A stretch of 47,870 nt of DNA from Candidatus Kaiserbacteria bacterium (GTDB lineage: Bacteria > Patescibacteriota > Minisyncoccia > Phycocordibacterales > JABMNX01): positions 1 through 47,870 of the forward strand of contig JABMNX010000035.1 in NCBI GenBank assembly GCA_013204405.1. The letters are read 5' to 3'. The stretch's first letter is position 1. The number at the start of each line of letters is the position of its first letter. The notes under the pieces were generated by a model. That model was not told the origin of the DNA and made no database searches. It saw only the letters and a list, made by a program, of their open reading frames with translations. Both the position numbers and the translations under genes were made by a program. This document shows, piece by piece, positions 20,615-29,119 of the stretch.

Positions 20615-21001
20615 ATGGATATAACATTATTTCTTGCACAGATTATGGGAATTTACTTCCTTGTAGCAGGTGTTGGTATACTCATGAATCCAGCACGGAT
20701 GAAGGGGGCAATGGAAGAAGCAAAGAGAAGTTACCTTCTCCCTTACTTTGACGGCGCAATTGCACTCGTCATGGGACTTCTTATTGTGCTCACCCACAAC
20801 ATGTGGGACGGATTGCTTGAGTCAGTGATTTCACTTGTTGGATGGATTGCTCTTCTTGAAGGAGTACTTATGCTTACACTTCCACAAAAGACAATTTCTG
20901 GAATGATGCAACACTTCATGGGAGCAAACCTCGGGCGTTTTATGGGAGTTGTTTCTGTAGTGGTTGGACTTTATTTTGTCTACAACGGATTTCTTCTATA
21001 A
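20615..21001 (+). CDS. Four-TM membrane hypothetical protein
   Basis: Hydrophobic ORF, probable start MDITLFLAQ; followed by hairpin terminator 21022..21056. Confidence 0.75.
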   Translation: MDITLFLAQIMGIYFLVAGVGILMNPARMKGAMEEAKRSYLLPYFDGAIALVMGLLIVLTHNMWDGLLESVISLVGWIALLEGVLMLTLPQKTISGMMQHFMGANLGRFMGVVSVVVGLYFVYNGFLL

Positions 21002-21078
21002 GAACTCGTTAATAGTAGAATATAAAAACACCTCGCGTATTGTGAGGTGTTTTTATGTGCATGGTATAATCAGTAACA

Positions 21079-21879
21079 ATGAAAATAATGTCATGGAATG
21101 TAAATGGAATACGGGCGGTTCACAAGAAAGGGCTGTTTGTACCATTTATAAAAAAACATAAACCTGATATTTTGTGTCTCCAAGAAACGAAGGCACAGCA
21201 AGAACAGTCCCCTATCGATTTGCCTGACTATATTGAGTATTGGAATGGAGCTAAGAAGAAAGGCTACTCTGGTACTGCAATTTTTACTAAAGAAAAGCCG
21301 ATTGCAATCGTAAATGATTTACCTGAAGACATCGCAAAGAAATATAAAATCAAAGACGACGGATACGGTAATCCGAATTCTGAAGGACGTGTGATAGCAG
21401 TTGAGTTCAAGAAGTTTTTTGTGGTGACGGTTTACACTCCTAACTCAAAAGATGACCTTTCTCGTCTTTCACTCAGACATAAGCAGTGGGACCCAGCATT
21501 TCTTGAGTACTGTAAGGAACTTGAAAAGAAAAAACCCGTCATTTTTTGTGGTGACCTTAATGTTGCACACAAGGAGCAAGACCTAGCGCACCCAAAACCA
21601 AATGAAGGTAAACACGGTTTCACAAAAGAAGAGCGCGGTGGTGCGGACAACATGACATCCAAAGGTTTTGTAGATACACTTAGGCACTTCACCCCAGAAG
21701 GAAAAGAGTACTACACGTGGTGGAGCCACTGGCAAAAAGCGCGCGAGCGAAACGTTGGCTGGCGTCTAGATTATTTTTTTGTAAGCAAAAGACTTACATC
21801 AAAACTCACCAAAGCAAGTATTCACCCAAAGGTAATGGGCTCGGACCACTGTCCAGTGAGTATTGAGATAGAATTGTGA
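21079..21879 (+). CDS. xth: Exodeoxyribonuclease III / AP endonuclease
   Basis: SWNVNGIRA, LQETK, GDLNVAH, GWRLDYF, SDHCPV. Confidence 0.96.
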   Translation: MKIMSWNVNGIRAVHKKGLFVPFIKKHKPDILCLQETKAQQEQSPIDLPDYIEYWNGAKKKGYSGTAIFTKEKPIAIVNDLPEDIAKKYKIKDDGYGNPNSEGRVIAVEFKKFFVVTVYTPNSKDDLSRLSLRHKQWDPAFLEYCKELEKKKPVIFCGDLNVAHKEQDLAHPKPNEGKHGFTKEERGGADNMTSKGFVDTLRHFTPEGKEYYTWWSHWQKARERNVGWRLDYFFVSKRLTSKLTKASIHPKVMGSDHCPVSIEIEL

Positions 21880-21917
21880 GGTCGCAGGTTTGAACTTTTG
21901 GTATACTTTTAGCTAAC

Positions 21918-22073
21918 ATGGTTATAGACATAGAATTAACTTTGAATAGGTTTGGATTTGGGAAAATATCTGAGAATAAATTTCAGTTGTTTTTCTTAAG
22001 ATTCTCTAGGTGGCACGTTCCAAACAAATGCTCCGTTTCTTTTGAAATAAATTGGCGTTTAAAAGACAAATAA
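21918..22073 (+). CDS. Putative 51-aa small protein
   Basis: ATG..TAA ORF MVIDIELTLNRFGFGK...INWRLKDK fills the intergenic gap; TATACT at 21902. Confidence 0.45.
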   Translation: MVIDIELTLNRFGFGKISENKFQLFFLRFSRWHVPNKCSVSFEINWRLKDK

Positions 22074-22090
22074 TTTTTAAATAGTTAAAT

Positions 22091-22396
22091 ATGATTGATG
22101 TAGAAAAAATAACAAACGAAGTAGCTTCAGAAGGAGCAATATTATTTGATGTACGAAGAGACGAAGAGTGGAATACAGGACACCCAGCTCCTGCTCAACG
22201 TTTTGAATATGAAAGATTTGAAAATGGAGAATTTCCTCAAGTACCAAAAGATACTAGGATATACCTCTGCTGTAATTCTGGTGGTCGAGCTGGTCGAGCA
22301 AAGACACTTCTTGAGGATGCAGGATTTACGAACGTAGAAAATGCACAAGGAATTGTGCAGTGGAGGGAAGCAGGAGGTGATGTGACCACTCCATAA
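22091..22396 (+). CDS. Rhodanese-like domain protein
   Basis: DVRRDEEWNTGH, active-site loop CNSGGRA. Confidence 0.92.
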   Translation: MIDVEKITNEVASEGAILFDVRRDEEWNTGHPAPAQRFEYERFENGEFPQVPKDTRIYLCCNSGGRAGRAKTLLEDAGFTNVENAQGIVQWREAGGDVTTP

Positions 22397-22398
22397 CC

Positions 22399-22872
22399 AT
22401 GTCCTACACGGTGTTAAAAAGAATACTTGTCGCAATAGGGGTGGTGTACTTTTCAACTTCTTTTTTTATTACACACACAGCGACGCGTGAGATAAGCCCG
22501 TTCTTCACATGGCAGGTCTTTAAGATAGTCCCGCACAAAACTCAAAGCAGTTACTCTATCCGCATACTTGCCTACCAAGGAAATCAGCTTGAAACTCCAG
22601 TCCTTCTTGATGATGCGTGGGACGTGTACCTCAGCAGTAAGCTTTATGGTCCACCACAGTTTCAAAGACTCGTAGAAGATCTTGGAAGAAGTATGGAGCT
22701 TTCAAGTACAAAGGAGCTCTCAGAGACCTACAGAGAAAAACTCGAAGAGAGTTTCTTATCAGGTCCGGTCGTCTATGAGTTAGTGCGATATACCTTTGAT
22801 GTACTTGAGTACGCCGACACTGGTACTGTATCAAGTGAGGAACACATAGCCGTTTTTAATACAGAGAAATAG
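22399..22872 (+). CDS. Membrane-anchored hypothetical protein
   Basis: 157 aa; N-terminal TM then PFFTWQVF; tightly spaced with neighbours. Confidence 0.7.
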   Translation: MSYTVLKRILVAIGVVYFSTSFFITHTATREISPFFTWQVFKIVPHKTQSSYSIRILAYQGNQLETPVLLDDAWDVYLSSKLYGPPQFQRLVEDLGRSMELSSTKELSETYREKLEESFLSGPVVYELVRYTFDVLEYADTGTVSSEEHIAVFNTEK

Positions 22873-22874
22873 AT

Positions 22875-23840
22875 ATGCATACCCTACGCAATGTAATACA
22901 GAGGTTTATAGGCTCTTTTTCTATAGACACCTATGCAGAAAAAATAAAACCTTTTAGACGAGCGCAGGTAATCGTACGATTTATCTATTTTGTGTATGCG
23001 TTTACCGTCTTGAATCAGCTACGGCAGTTACACGGGTATTTTTCTCAAAAAGACATCTTTACTCCTGAGTGGTCACTTGCATGGACTCACTTCTTAACTT
23101 TCGACCAGGTACTCCTTTCACTCGAGGTTCTCTTGTTATTCAGTGTTTTCATTGCACTGTTTTTCTTCACACACCGCATCGGGCGGATAGTTGTGTTTGC
23201 GTCAGTGTTTTTTCTCGATGCGTTTATGAGTTCATTTATTTTCCCTGACCACACGTGGTACATCTGGATATACGTGCTGTTCCTCCTTATCTTTTTACCT
23301 GATGTACAGAAGAAACAAGAAGCAACATGGGACGAAAAGAAAAAGTTTCTCCTTGTCTTCTTTAGTACACAAGTTGCGATACTTGCGGTCTATTCTATTG
23401 TAGGACTTGGCAAGACATCGTCTGCAATCACACAGTACCTCAACGGTGAAATTCACGGATTTTCTTTTGAAGCACTCTCGCTCCATGTCGCGTATTGGTT
23501 TTCAGTAACAAAAGAGACGGGGCTTTTGGGGTCATACATCATCACCCACCCTCTTTTTGGTTGGGTTTTCTGGGTTGGTAGTATTTACTTACAGGTATTT
23601 TCTCTCTGGGTTGCATTTCGTCCGTCACTCCACAAGCTCTGGGGGTTTGGATTACTTTTAATTCACATCGGCACACTCCTTGCGATGAATATCCTCTATC
23701 TCAGCTTCCCCGTTTTCCTTATACTTCTATTTTTCTACTCACCATTTGAGGATGACGACGAATCGCTTATGGAAAAACTTACTCACGTACCAATCTTCGG
23801 TCCCGCAGTAGCTTTCTTCTACAAAAGACTCTTTAGTTAA
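22875..23840 (+). CDS. Polytopic membrane protein, HTTM-like
   Basis: 321 aa, about 8 TM; YSIVGLGK and LLIHIGTLLAMNILY resemble HTTM Y...G..K and FH..MNI motifs. Confidence 0.55.
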   Translation: MHTLRNVIQRFIGSFSIDTYAEKIKPFRRAQVIVRFIYFVYAFTVLNQLRQLHGYFSQKDIFTPEWSLAWTHFLTFDQVLLSLEVLLLFSVFIALFFFTHRIGRIVVFASVFFLDAFMSSFIFPDHTWYIWIYVLFLLIFLPDVQKKQEATWDEKKKFLLVFFSTQVAILAVYSIVGLGKTSSAITQYLNGEIHGFSFEALSLHVAYWFSVTKETGLLGSYIITHPLFGWVFWVGSIYLQVFSLWVAFRPSLHKLWGFGLLLIHIGTLLAMNILYLSFPVFLILLFFYSPFEDDDESLMEKLTHVPIFGPAVAFFYKRLFS

Positions 23841-23870
23841 AAGTTCGAGTCCCGTCTCCAGAGCTAGATA

Positions 23871-23899
23871 TTGACATATTCGATTGAATATGTTACTAT
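23871..23899 (+). promoter_or_regulatory. Sigma70-type promoter
   Basis: TTGACA-17-TACTAT with extended -10 TG. Confidence 0.75.
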
Positions 23900-23935
23900 T
23901 AATATAGAACTTAATTAGGTCTCTTGGAGGTTATC

Positions 23936-24118
23936 ATGGACCCTAACACACTTGGCTTGACTGGACTGTTACTCATGTCCATTATTATGGCTAATGGTTT
24001 CGCCATGATAATTGGTGGACCAAAAGCTGTTGGTAGGTTAAACCGATGGTTACTCAAGAAAACCAGAAACCTCATTGGAGGTATCCTGACTTGGATTGGA
24101 AAACAAATCCACTCCTAA
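23936..24118 (+). CDS. 60-aa hydrophobic/amphipathic small protein
   Basis: GGAGG SD before ATG 23936; own promoter; terminator 24137..24164. Confidence 0.7.
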   Translation: MDPNTLGLTGLLLMSIIMANGFAMIIGGPKAVGRLNRWLLKKTRNLIGGILTWIGKQIHS

Positions 24119-24246
24119 TGACCATCATCACCCAACAGAAAATCACTCTGTGTGGGTGATTTTCTTTTTATACAAACCCCAACTCCCCTATTTCATTTTT
24201 AATACGTAACCAATTAGCAGTTCTGAATTTGCCCACGAGTGGGAGG

Positions 24247-25443
24247 CTAATTAAACAAATTTAGATACTCTCCAAGACCTTCGGATTCGAGGTCTTTTTT
24301 TAGCACAAAGCGAAGTGATGCGGAGTTCATGCAGTAGCGAATCTTATCGTTTTCAATTGGTCCGTCGAGAATAATATGTCCGAGATGTGAGTCCGCATAC
24401 GTACTTCGTATTTCAGTGCGTGGAATAAAGAGCTTGTAGTCTTTGTGCTCGGTCACAAAACTATAATCAAGTGGTTTTAAGAAACTTGGCCATCCAGTGC
24501 CTGAGTCGTATTTATCAGTTGAAGAAAACAACGGTTCACCTGAAACCACATCGACGTAGACACCGTCCTCGTGGTTGTCCCAATATTCATTTTTAAACGG
24601 AGTCTCCGTCCCCTCTTTTTGTGTTACATAATACTGAAGGTCGGTGAGTGTATTTCGGAGTGTTGTTTCACTTGGTTTTTGAAACGTCATCCATGACTTT
24701 CCCATATCACCCATTCCCAGAGTATCTCCGTCGAGCATCTCGTCGTGCATATCATCCATCATTTCTTCCATAAACAAATCATCGTGCATACCGTCTCCCC
24801 ACGCTGATTGAATAAACGCATCTCGTCCAGAACCTGTTCTGTAGTATTGGTACTGCCGTGGGTTTTTCTTGTAGTAGTCTTGATGATAGTCTTCTGCAAT
24901 CCAGAATGTTCTTGCGGGCTCAACACTGGTGACAATAGGTTTTTCAAATACACCAAGCGCATCAACTTCCACAACTACTGCTTCAGCGATACTCTTCTCT
25001 TCTTCAGTTTGGTAGTAGAGCGCAGAAGTATATTGGTGTCCTCGGTCATAGAATGAGCCTCCGTCGTCTGTTGGGTCGGTGTGTTTCAGTAGGTCGAGCG
25101 CGAGTCTTCGGTAGCTCACTTCGTTCGGATTGTAAGTAACCTTCACCACTTCTCGATGACCGCTTCCGCCACCTGATACTTGCACATAGCTTGGACTGTC
25201 GACATCTCCTCCCATGTATCCTGAGACTGCACTCGCAACACCTCCGAGTTTTTCAAAGTCACTTTCAGTACACCAAAAACATCCGCCTGCAAAATATGCG
25301 ACTGCTTCCCCTGCCATAACTTCAGACATGTCTTCTTCACTTGGTGATACTTTCCCTTGGTACCATCCAAAGCTCCAGACAAGAATTGGAATCAGTGCAA
25401 CAAGGATAACTGCTAGGAAAATGTTTTTTGGTGAGTAGTTCAT
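24247..25443 (-). CDS. msrAB: Bifunctional peptide-methionine sulfoxide reductase MsrA-MsrB, membrane anchored (start 25443)
   Basis: [17 protein letters not shown]; Msr[22 protein letters not shown]. Confidence 0.95.
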   Translation of the reverse strand: MNYSPKNIFLAVILVALIPILVWSFGWYQGKVSPSEEDMSEVMAGEAVAYFAGGCFWCTESDFEKLGGVASAVSGYMGGDVDSPSYVQVSGGGSGHREVVKVTYNPNEVSYRRLALDLLKHTDPTDDGGSFYDRGHQYTSALYYQTEEEKSIAEAVVVEVDALGVFEKPIVTSVEPARTFWIAEDYHQDYYKKNPRQYQYYRTGSGRDAFIQSAWGDGMHDDLFMEEMMDDMHDEMLDGDTLGMGDMGKSWMTFQKPSETTLRNTLTDLQYYVTQKEGTETPFKNEYWDNHEDGVYVDVVSGEPLFSSTDKYDSGTGWPSFLKPLDYSFVTEHKDYKLFIPRTEIRSTYADSHLGHIILDGPIENDKIRYCMNSASLRFVLKKDLESEGLGEYLNLFN

Positions 25444-25450
25444 AAGTCCT

Positions 25451-25515
25451 ATTGTAAGAAGTCCACATTCTAATGTCAAGTGCACTTGACATTAGAATAC
25501 CCAGTGCGATACAAT
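25451..25515. promoter_or_regulatory. Back-to-back sigma70 promoters built on a 32-bp palindrome
   Basis: attctaatgtcaagtgcacttgacattagaat at 25467..25498; TTGACA-18-TACAAT on +, TTGACA-17-TACAAT on -. Confidence 0.8.
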
Positions 25516-25522
25516 TATCACT

Positions 25523-25900
25523 ATGAAAATAAAAGAACTTCTTAAAATTACTGGTCTTCCTGTGGTAGTCGCATCGCTGTGTTGTTTAAGTCCACTTATA
25601 CTGGTATTTCTAGGACTTTCGACAATTAGTTTTGCAAGTTCGCTTTCAGATACATTTTACGGTGAGTATAAATGGGTGTTTCGTGGAGTTGGCCTTCTAT
25701 TCCTTATTGCAACAACGGCATTTTATTTTTGGAGGGAGAAGGGCATTTGCACACTTGATGAAGCAAAAAAACGCCGCAAAGAGATTATTAATACAACCCT
25801 TTTAGTACTTATAGTTGGTATTGTAGGGTACGTATTCTTCTTATACGTTGTTGTTCATTACGTAGGAGTCTTTACTGGAGTCTGGAAGGATTATTTCTAG
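25523..25900 (+). CDS. MerT-like membrane protein (CC motif, 3 TM)
   Basis: ASLCCLSPLILVFLG in TM1; additional Cys in loop. Confidence 0.7.
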   Translation: MKIKELLKITGLPVVVASLCCLSPLILVFLGLSTISFASSLSDTFYGEYKWVFRGVGLLFLIATTAFYFWREKGICTLDEAKKRRKEIINTTLLVLIVGIVGYVFFLYVVVHYVGVFTGVWKDYF

Positions 25901-26297
25901 GGAGTGTTTTATAAAAGACATTTATCCACACCTATGTCCTTTACGTTATCTGTAAAGGACATATACTGTTAATAGTACTGAGTGTCATGTCCCGTGAAAG
26001 TAATGAGTTTATCTTTACTGGACATGATGTTCAGTGAAAATAAGTTCTTTTCAGGTCTTTCAGAGAGGTTTCGTAGACATTTCTTAGTCACAAAAACCTT
26101 GTGAGCAATCCATATTATTTTTGCTATTAAATTTTAACGCACTTGTGCGTATTGGAAAAAAGGTATTATGTCACTCACATGAGTTCTTTCAATTAAGATG
26201 TGTTCACGCACAAAGTCGCTTTATTGCTTATTTCGGTATTTTTGCCCATCTCCATTCCGAATTTGCGAGAAAGCGGCTTTATTTTATTTTATAAAAC

Positions 26298-26326
26298 TTG
26301 ACGTATACTGATTTTTAATTTATAAT
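26298..26326 (+). promoter_or_regulatory. Sigma70-type promoter for the Nudix gene
   Basis: TTGACG-17-TATAAT. Confidence 0.75.
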
Positions 26327-26380
26327 TTACAAAGAGAATGGATATAGGTCAACTAACTCAACTAACTATAGGAGAGTGCC

Positions 26381-26827
26381 GTGTTCACACATAAAGTTTG
26401 TAGTAATGGAATTGCCGCTGTTGTTATTGCCATCGGTCGGGACGGGGTCGCTCTTGTAAAAGATCCTTTATGGGAGACTCCACAGTGGAAGTTCCCTGGA
26501 GGTAAGGGTGTGGGAAATGAGTCACCTCTTGATGTCGCTGTTCGGAAACTCCGCGAAGAAACAGGAGTTGTTCCGGAGCCTGTAGAGCTCATTCATATCC
26601 TTGAAAAGAAACGATTTGAAGGAAGTGAAAATGAGCATATGTTTCATGTCTTCGGGTTCAAGACCGGTCTTTATCTCGGCGAATGTGCTGTTGGGTTCGA
26701 AGTCTGGAGAACTAAAGGTGTTGAGCTTGTAAAGCTTGTAAGCCGCCGTTTTCTTGAAACGTCCATTGAAGTCCCAAATCACAAGGCTCTGTTTCGAGAT
26801 TGTAACATTCGGTCGTTCTTGGAATAA
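26381..26827 (+). CDS. Nudix hydrolase family protein
   Basis: WKFPGGKGVGNESPLDVAVRKLREETG; AGGAGA SD before GTG. Confidence 0.85.
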   Translation: MFTHKVCSNGIAAVVIAIGRDGVALVKDPLWETPQWKFPGGKGVGNESPLDVAVRKLREETGVVPEPVELIHILEKKRFEGSENEHMFHVFGFKTGLYLGECAVGFEVWRTKGVELVKLVSRRFLETSIEVPNHKALFRDCNIRSFLE

Positions 26828-26834
26828 GTGGGAT

Positions 26835-26876
26835 AAAAGCCACGTTGAAACCAAATTTGGTTTCAACGTGGCTTTT
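26835..26876. terminator. Bidirectional terminator; perfect 42-bp palindrome
   Basis: aaaagccacgttgaaaccaaa|tttggtttcaacgtggctttt between convergent genes. Confidence 0.8.
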
Positions 26877-26881
26877 TCACT

Positions 26882-28357
26882 TTACTCAACCCAGTGTTTT
26901 TTACGAATTTCAGAGACTGCTTCTTCTTCTGACTCTTCCCTTCTACGTTTACCCTGCTCGCCATGAGCTTTAAGAGTCTCTTCTGGCAACTCACTAAGTT
27001 CCTTTGTCTTTTTTTCTAGATACGTTTTAGTATTTTTCTTTGGGTCATCAAGAACCTCTTCGAGTAGTGCATGGAGTATATGCCCAAGTCGTGGGCCGGG
27101 CTTCTCATCAAGTAATTTCATAATCCCTTCCCCGTCAATCTTAAGCATACCAACAGAAATTGGGTCGCGAAGCGCTTCCTCTATCATTGATTTGTACTTT
27201 CTAAATCGGAATGGCTGTGCCTTCGGTCGTCCCGAACCAATGCGGTCACAAATACGTAGGTTAAGAAGATCCCAAATATTTTCTTCTCCAACATTTGCAA
27301 TCATTCTACGTGCTGCAGAGAGGGTTATCTTGTCTGGGTCAGAAAAAAACATGTGCCATCGGACCAGTTTTACTAACTTTTCAATACGTTTCTTGGGGAG
27401 TTTTAGGTTTTCAAATGCTCTTTTTGCAACCCGCGCCCCAATCACTTCGTGTCCATGAAAGGACCAGTCGTTTTTCTCTTTTGACCACTGTCGCGTCTCT
27501 GGTTTTGAGATGTCGTGATATAGCCCCGCTAGTCGTATATCAACACTCCACTTCATATCAGCGCCGTGTTGCATTGTCCTTAGCAGATGCTCAAATACGT
27601 CATACGTGTGCGCTTGATTTTGTTCAATGCCAATTCCACGTTCTAAGTCATGTGCAACATACGGCAGTAGTCCTAATTTCTGGGATATAACTATTGCATG
27701 CATTGGATTGTCTGATGCTAAAATTCGTAAAAATTCATCCCGTATTCTTTCTTTTGCAATTTTTTCAAGCTGCGGTGCAGACTTTAGGATTGCTTCAGCT
27801 GTTTTTGACTCTATAGTAAAGTGTAGTTCTGCAGATAAACGAACCGCGCGAAGCATGCGAAGGGCATCTTCCTCAAAACGTTCAAACGGGTCTCCGACCG
27901 CCATGATACTTTTACGTTTAAGGTCGTCTTGTCCACTGTACGGGTCTACCAACTCCCCTGTCGAGACGTTGTATGCTATCGCGTTCATTGTAAAGTCACG
28001 GCGTTTCAAATCATCTTCTAGGCTGTTGGAAAACTGAACAGAATCAGGTCGCCGCGCATCTGAGTAGGTCGTCTCCAATCGGTACGGAGTAATTTCAACA
28101 ACCTTAAGGGACTCGTCTTCAGTTTCATTAACCACTCCAACCGTCCCATAATCATTTTCATAGAAGGTCTCCTCAAAGAGTTCTTGGATTTTTTCAGGGG
28201 TTGCATTAGTTGTTACGTCCCAATCTTTAGGTGTTCGATTAAGTAAGAGGTCTCTGACACATCCTCCAACGAGATACGCTTCAAAACCACCTTTCTCTAA
28301 GGTTTCCGTTATGACTCTAATTTCTTTAGGAATTTTTGAAGTAGTAATAGTTGACAT
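26882..28357 (-). CDS. cca: CCA tRNA nucleotidyltransferase / poly(A) polymerase family, with HD domain
   Basis: VGGCVRD, KDWDVTT, DLKRRDFTMNA, EDALRMLRA, YHDISKP. Confidence 0.9.
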   Translation of the reverse strand: MSTITTSKIPKEIRVITETLEKGGFEAYLVGGCVRDLLLNRTPKDWDVTTNATPEKIQELFEETFYENDYGTVGVVNETEDESLKVVEITPYRLETTYSDARRPDSVQFSNSLEDDLKRRDFTMNAIAYNVSTGELVDPYSGQDDLKRKSIMAVGDPFERFEEDALRMLRAVRLSAELHFTIESKTAEAILKSAPQLEKIAKERIRDEFLRILASDNPMHAIVISQKLGLLPYVAHDLERGIGIEQNQAHTYDVFEHLLRTMQHGADMKWSVDIRLAGLYHDISKPETRQWSKEKNDWSFHGHEVIGARVAKRAFENLKLPKKRIEKLVKLVRWHMFFSDPDKITLSAARRMIANVGEENIWDLLNLRICDRIGSGRPKAQPFRFRKYKSMIEEALRDPISVGMLKIDGEGIMKLLDEKPGPRLGHILHALLEEVLDDPKKNTKTYLEKKTKELSELPEETLKAHGEQGKRRREESEEEAVSEIRKKHWVE

Positions 28358-28477
28358 GTTCTTATTTTATTACATATTTGGTTACTGTGCGAATATAGCG
28401 TATAATTCTCTTTGTAATTTGCTCAATAATAGGTAGAGTCTGAGCAGTTTATATAAAGGAATTACAAAACAATAAAT

Positions 28478-28552
28478 GCCTCTGTGGTGAAATGGATATC
28501 ACAACGGTCTTCGGAACCGTTATTCTGGGTTCGAATCCTGGCAGGGGCACCA
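28478..28552 (+). tRNA. tRNA-Arg(TCG), CCA encoded
   Basis: Acceptor GCCTCTG/CAGGGGC; anticodon arm ACGGT-CTTCGGA-ACCGT; GGTTCGAATCC. Confidence 0.93.
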
Positions 28553-28556
28553 AGGT

Positions 28557-28595
28557 AAAAGAAAAACATCTCTTTCATAGAGGTGTTTTTCTTTT
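28557..28595 (+). terminator. Terminator after tRNA-Arg
   Basis: aaaagaaaaacatctct...agaggtgtttttctttt. Confidence 0.75.
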
Positions 28596-28819
28596 AAAAT
28601 ACAAACACCACAAGAGCACTTCCATTCTTTCTAAGAGCTCTGCTCTAAGAAAAATTGGTCGCTGCTTTGTATTTGTGCCTTGGTGCCAGACGGAGACATG
28701 TTTTAGCTATTCATAAAGCCAAAACAGTCGAGTCCGGGGAGGAAGTTCTTAATGAGCCTTGGTGAATTTAGAAACTTGACCCCTAAAAAACATATAACAA
28801 CACCAACCACCTTTCTTTG

Positions 28820-28890
28820 TGCGGCCAGGGGTAATCGAAACCCCGACTCATCCTTGGCAAGGACGTGTTATACCACTTAACCATGGCCGC
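28820..28890 (-). tRNA. tRNA-Gly(GCC), no encoded CCA
   Basis: Reverse strand GCGGCCA...CGTCC-TTGCCAA-GGATG...TTCGATT...TGGCCGCA. Confidence 0.93.
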
Positions 28891-29008
28891 AAGTTACAGA
28901 AGTATACTACGCTTACATACTCTACTCAATGTTTTTAGTGGTCCCATATAAAGATGTCCTTTATTTCTATAAAAAACATACTGAAATAAGCCATATTTTC
29001 GTATATTG

Positions 29009-29038
29009 TGTGGATAAACCTGTGTACAGTGTGGATTA
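29009..29038 (-). promoter_or_regulatory. Cluster of DnaA-box-like sites (candidate oriC)
   Basis: TGTGGATAA 29009 (perfect), TGTGTACAG 29021, TGTGGATTA 29030, followed by an AT-rich tract. Confidence 0.5.
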
Positions 29039-29119
29039 AAAGGACATAATAAAACTTGTCTTTTACAATATATGGCTTTAAACAAGGATATTTTAAAGAC
29101 AGCAGTTTATTACTATATA

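Noticed and set aside
21877..21879. Alternative genetic code (TGA recoding)
   Set aside because: xth ends at TGA at its expected C-terminus and conserved genes are uninterrupted under code 11
21882..21900. gcaggtttgaac as a partner att or T-arm for the 23843 fragment
   Set aside because: Too degenerate; no real identity to the fragment
25523..25900. Mercury-resistance operon
   Set aside because: No merR, merP or merA nearby
28492..28716. 74-aa ORF
   Set aside because: Overlaps tRNA-Arg and its terminator
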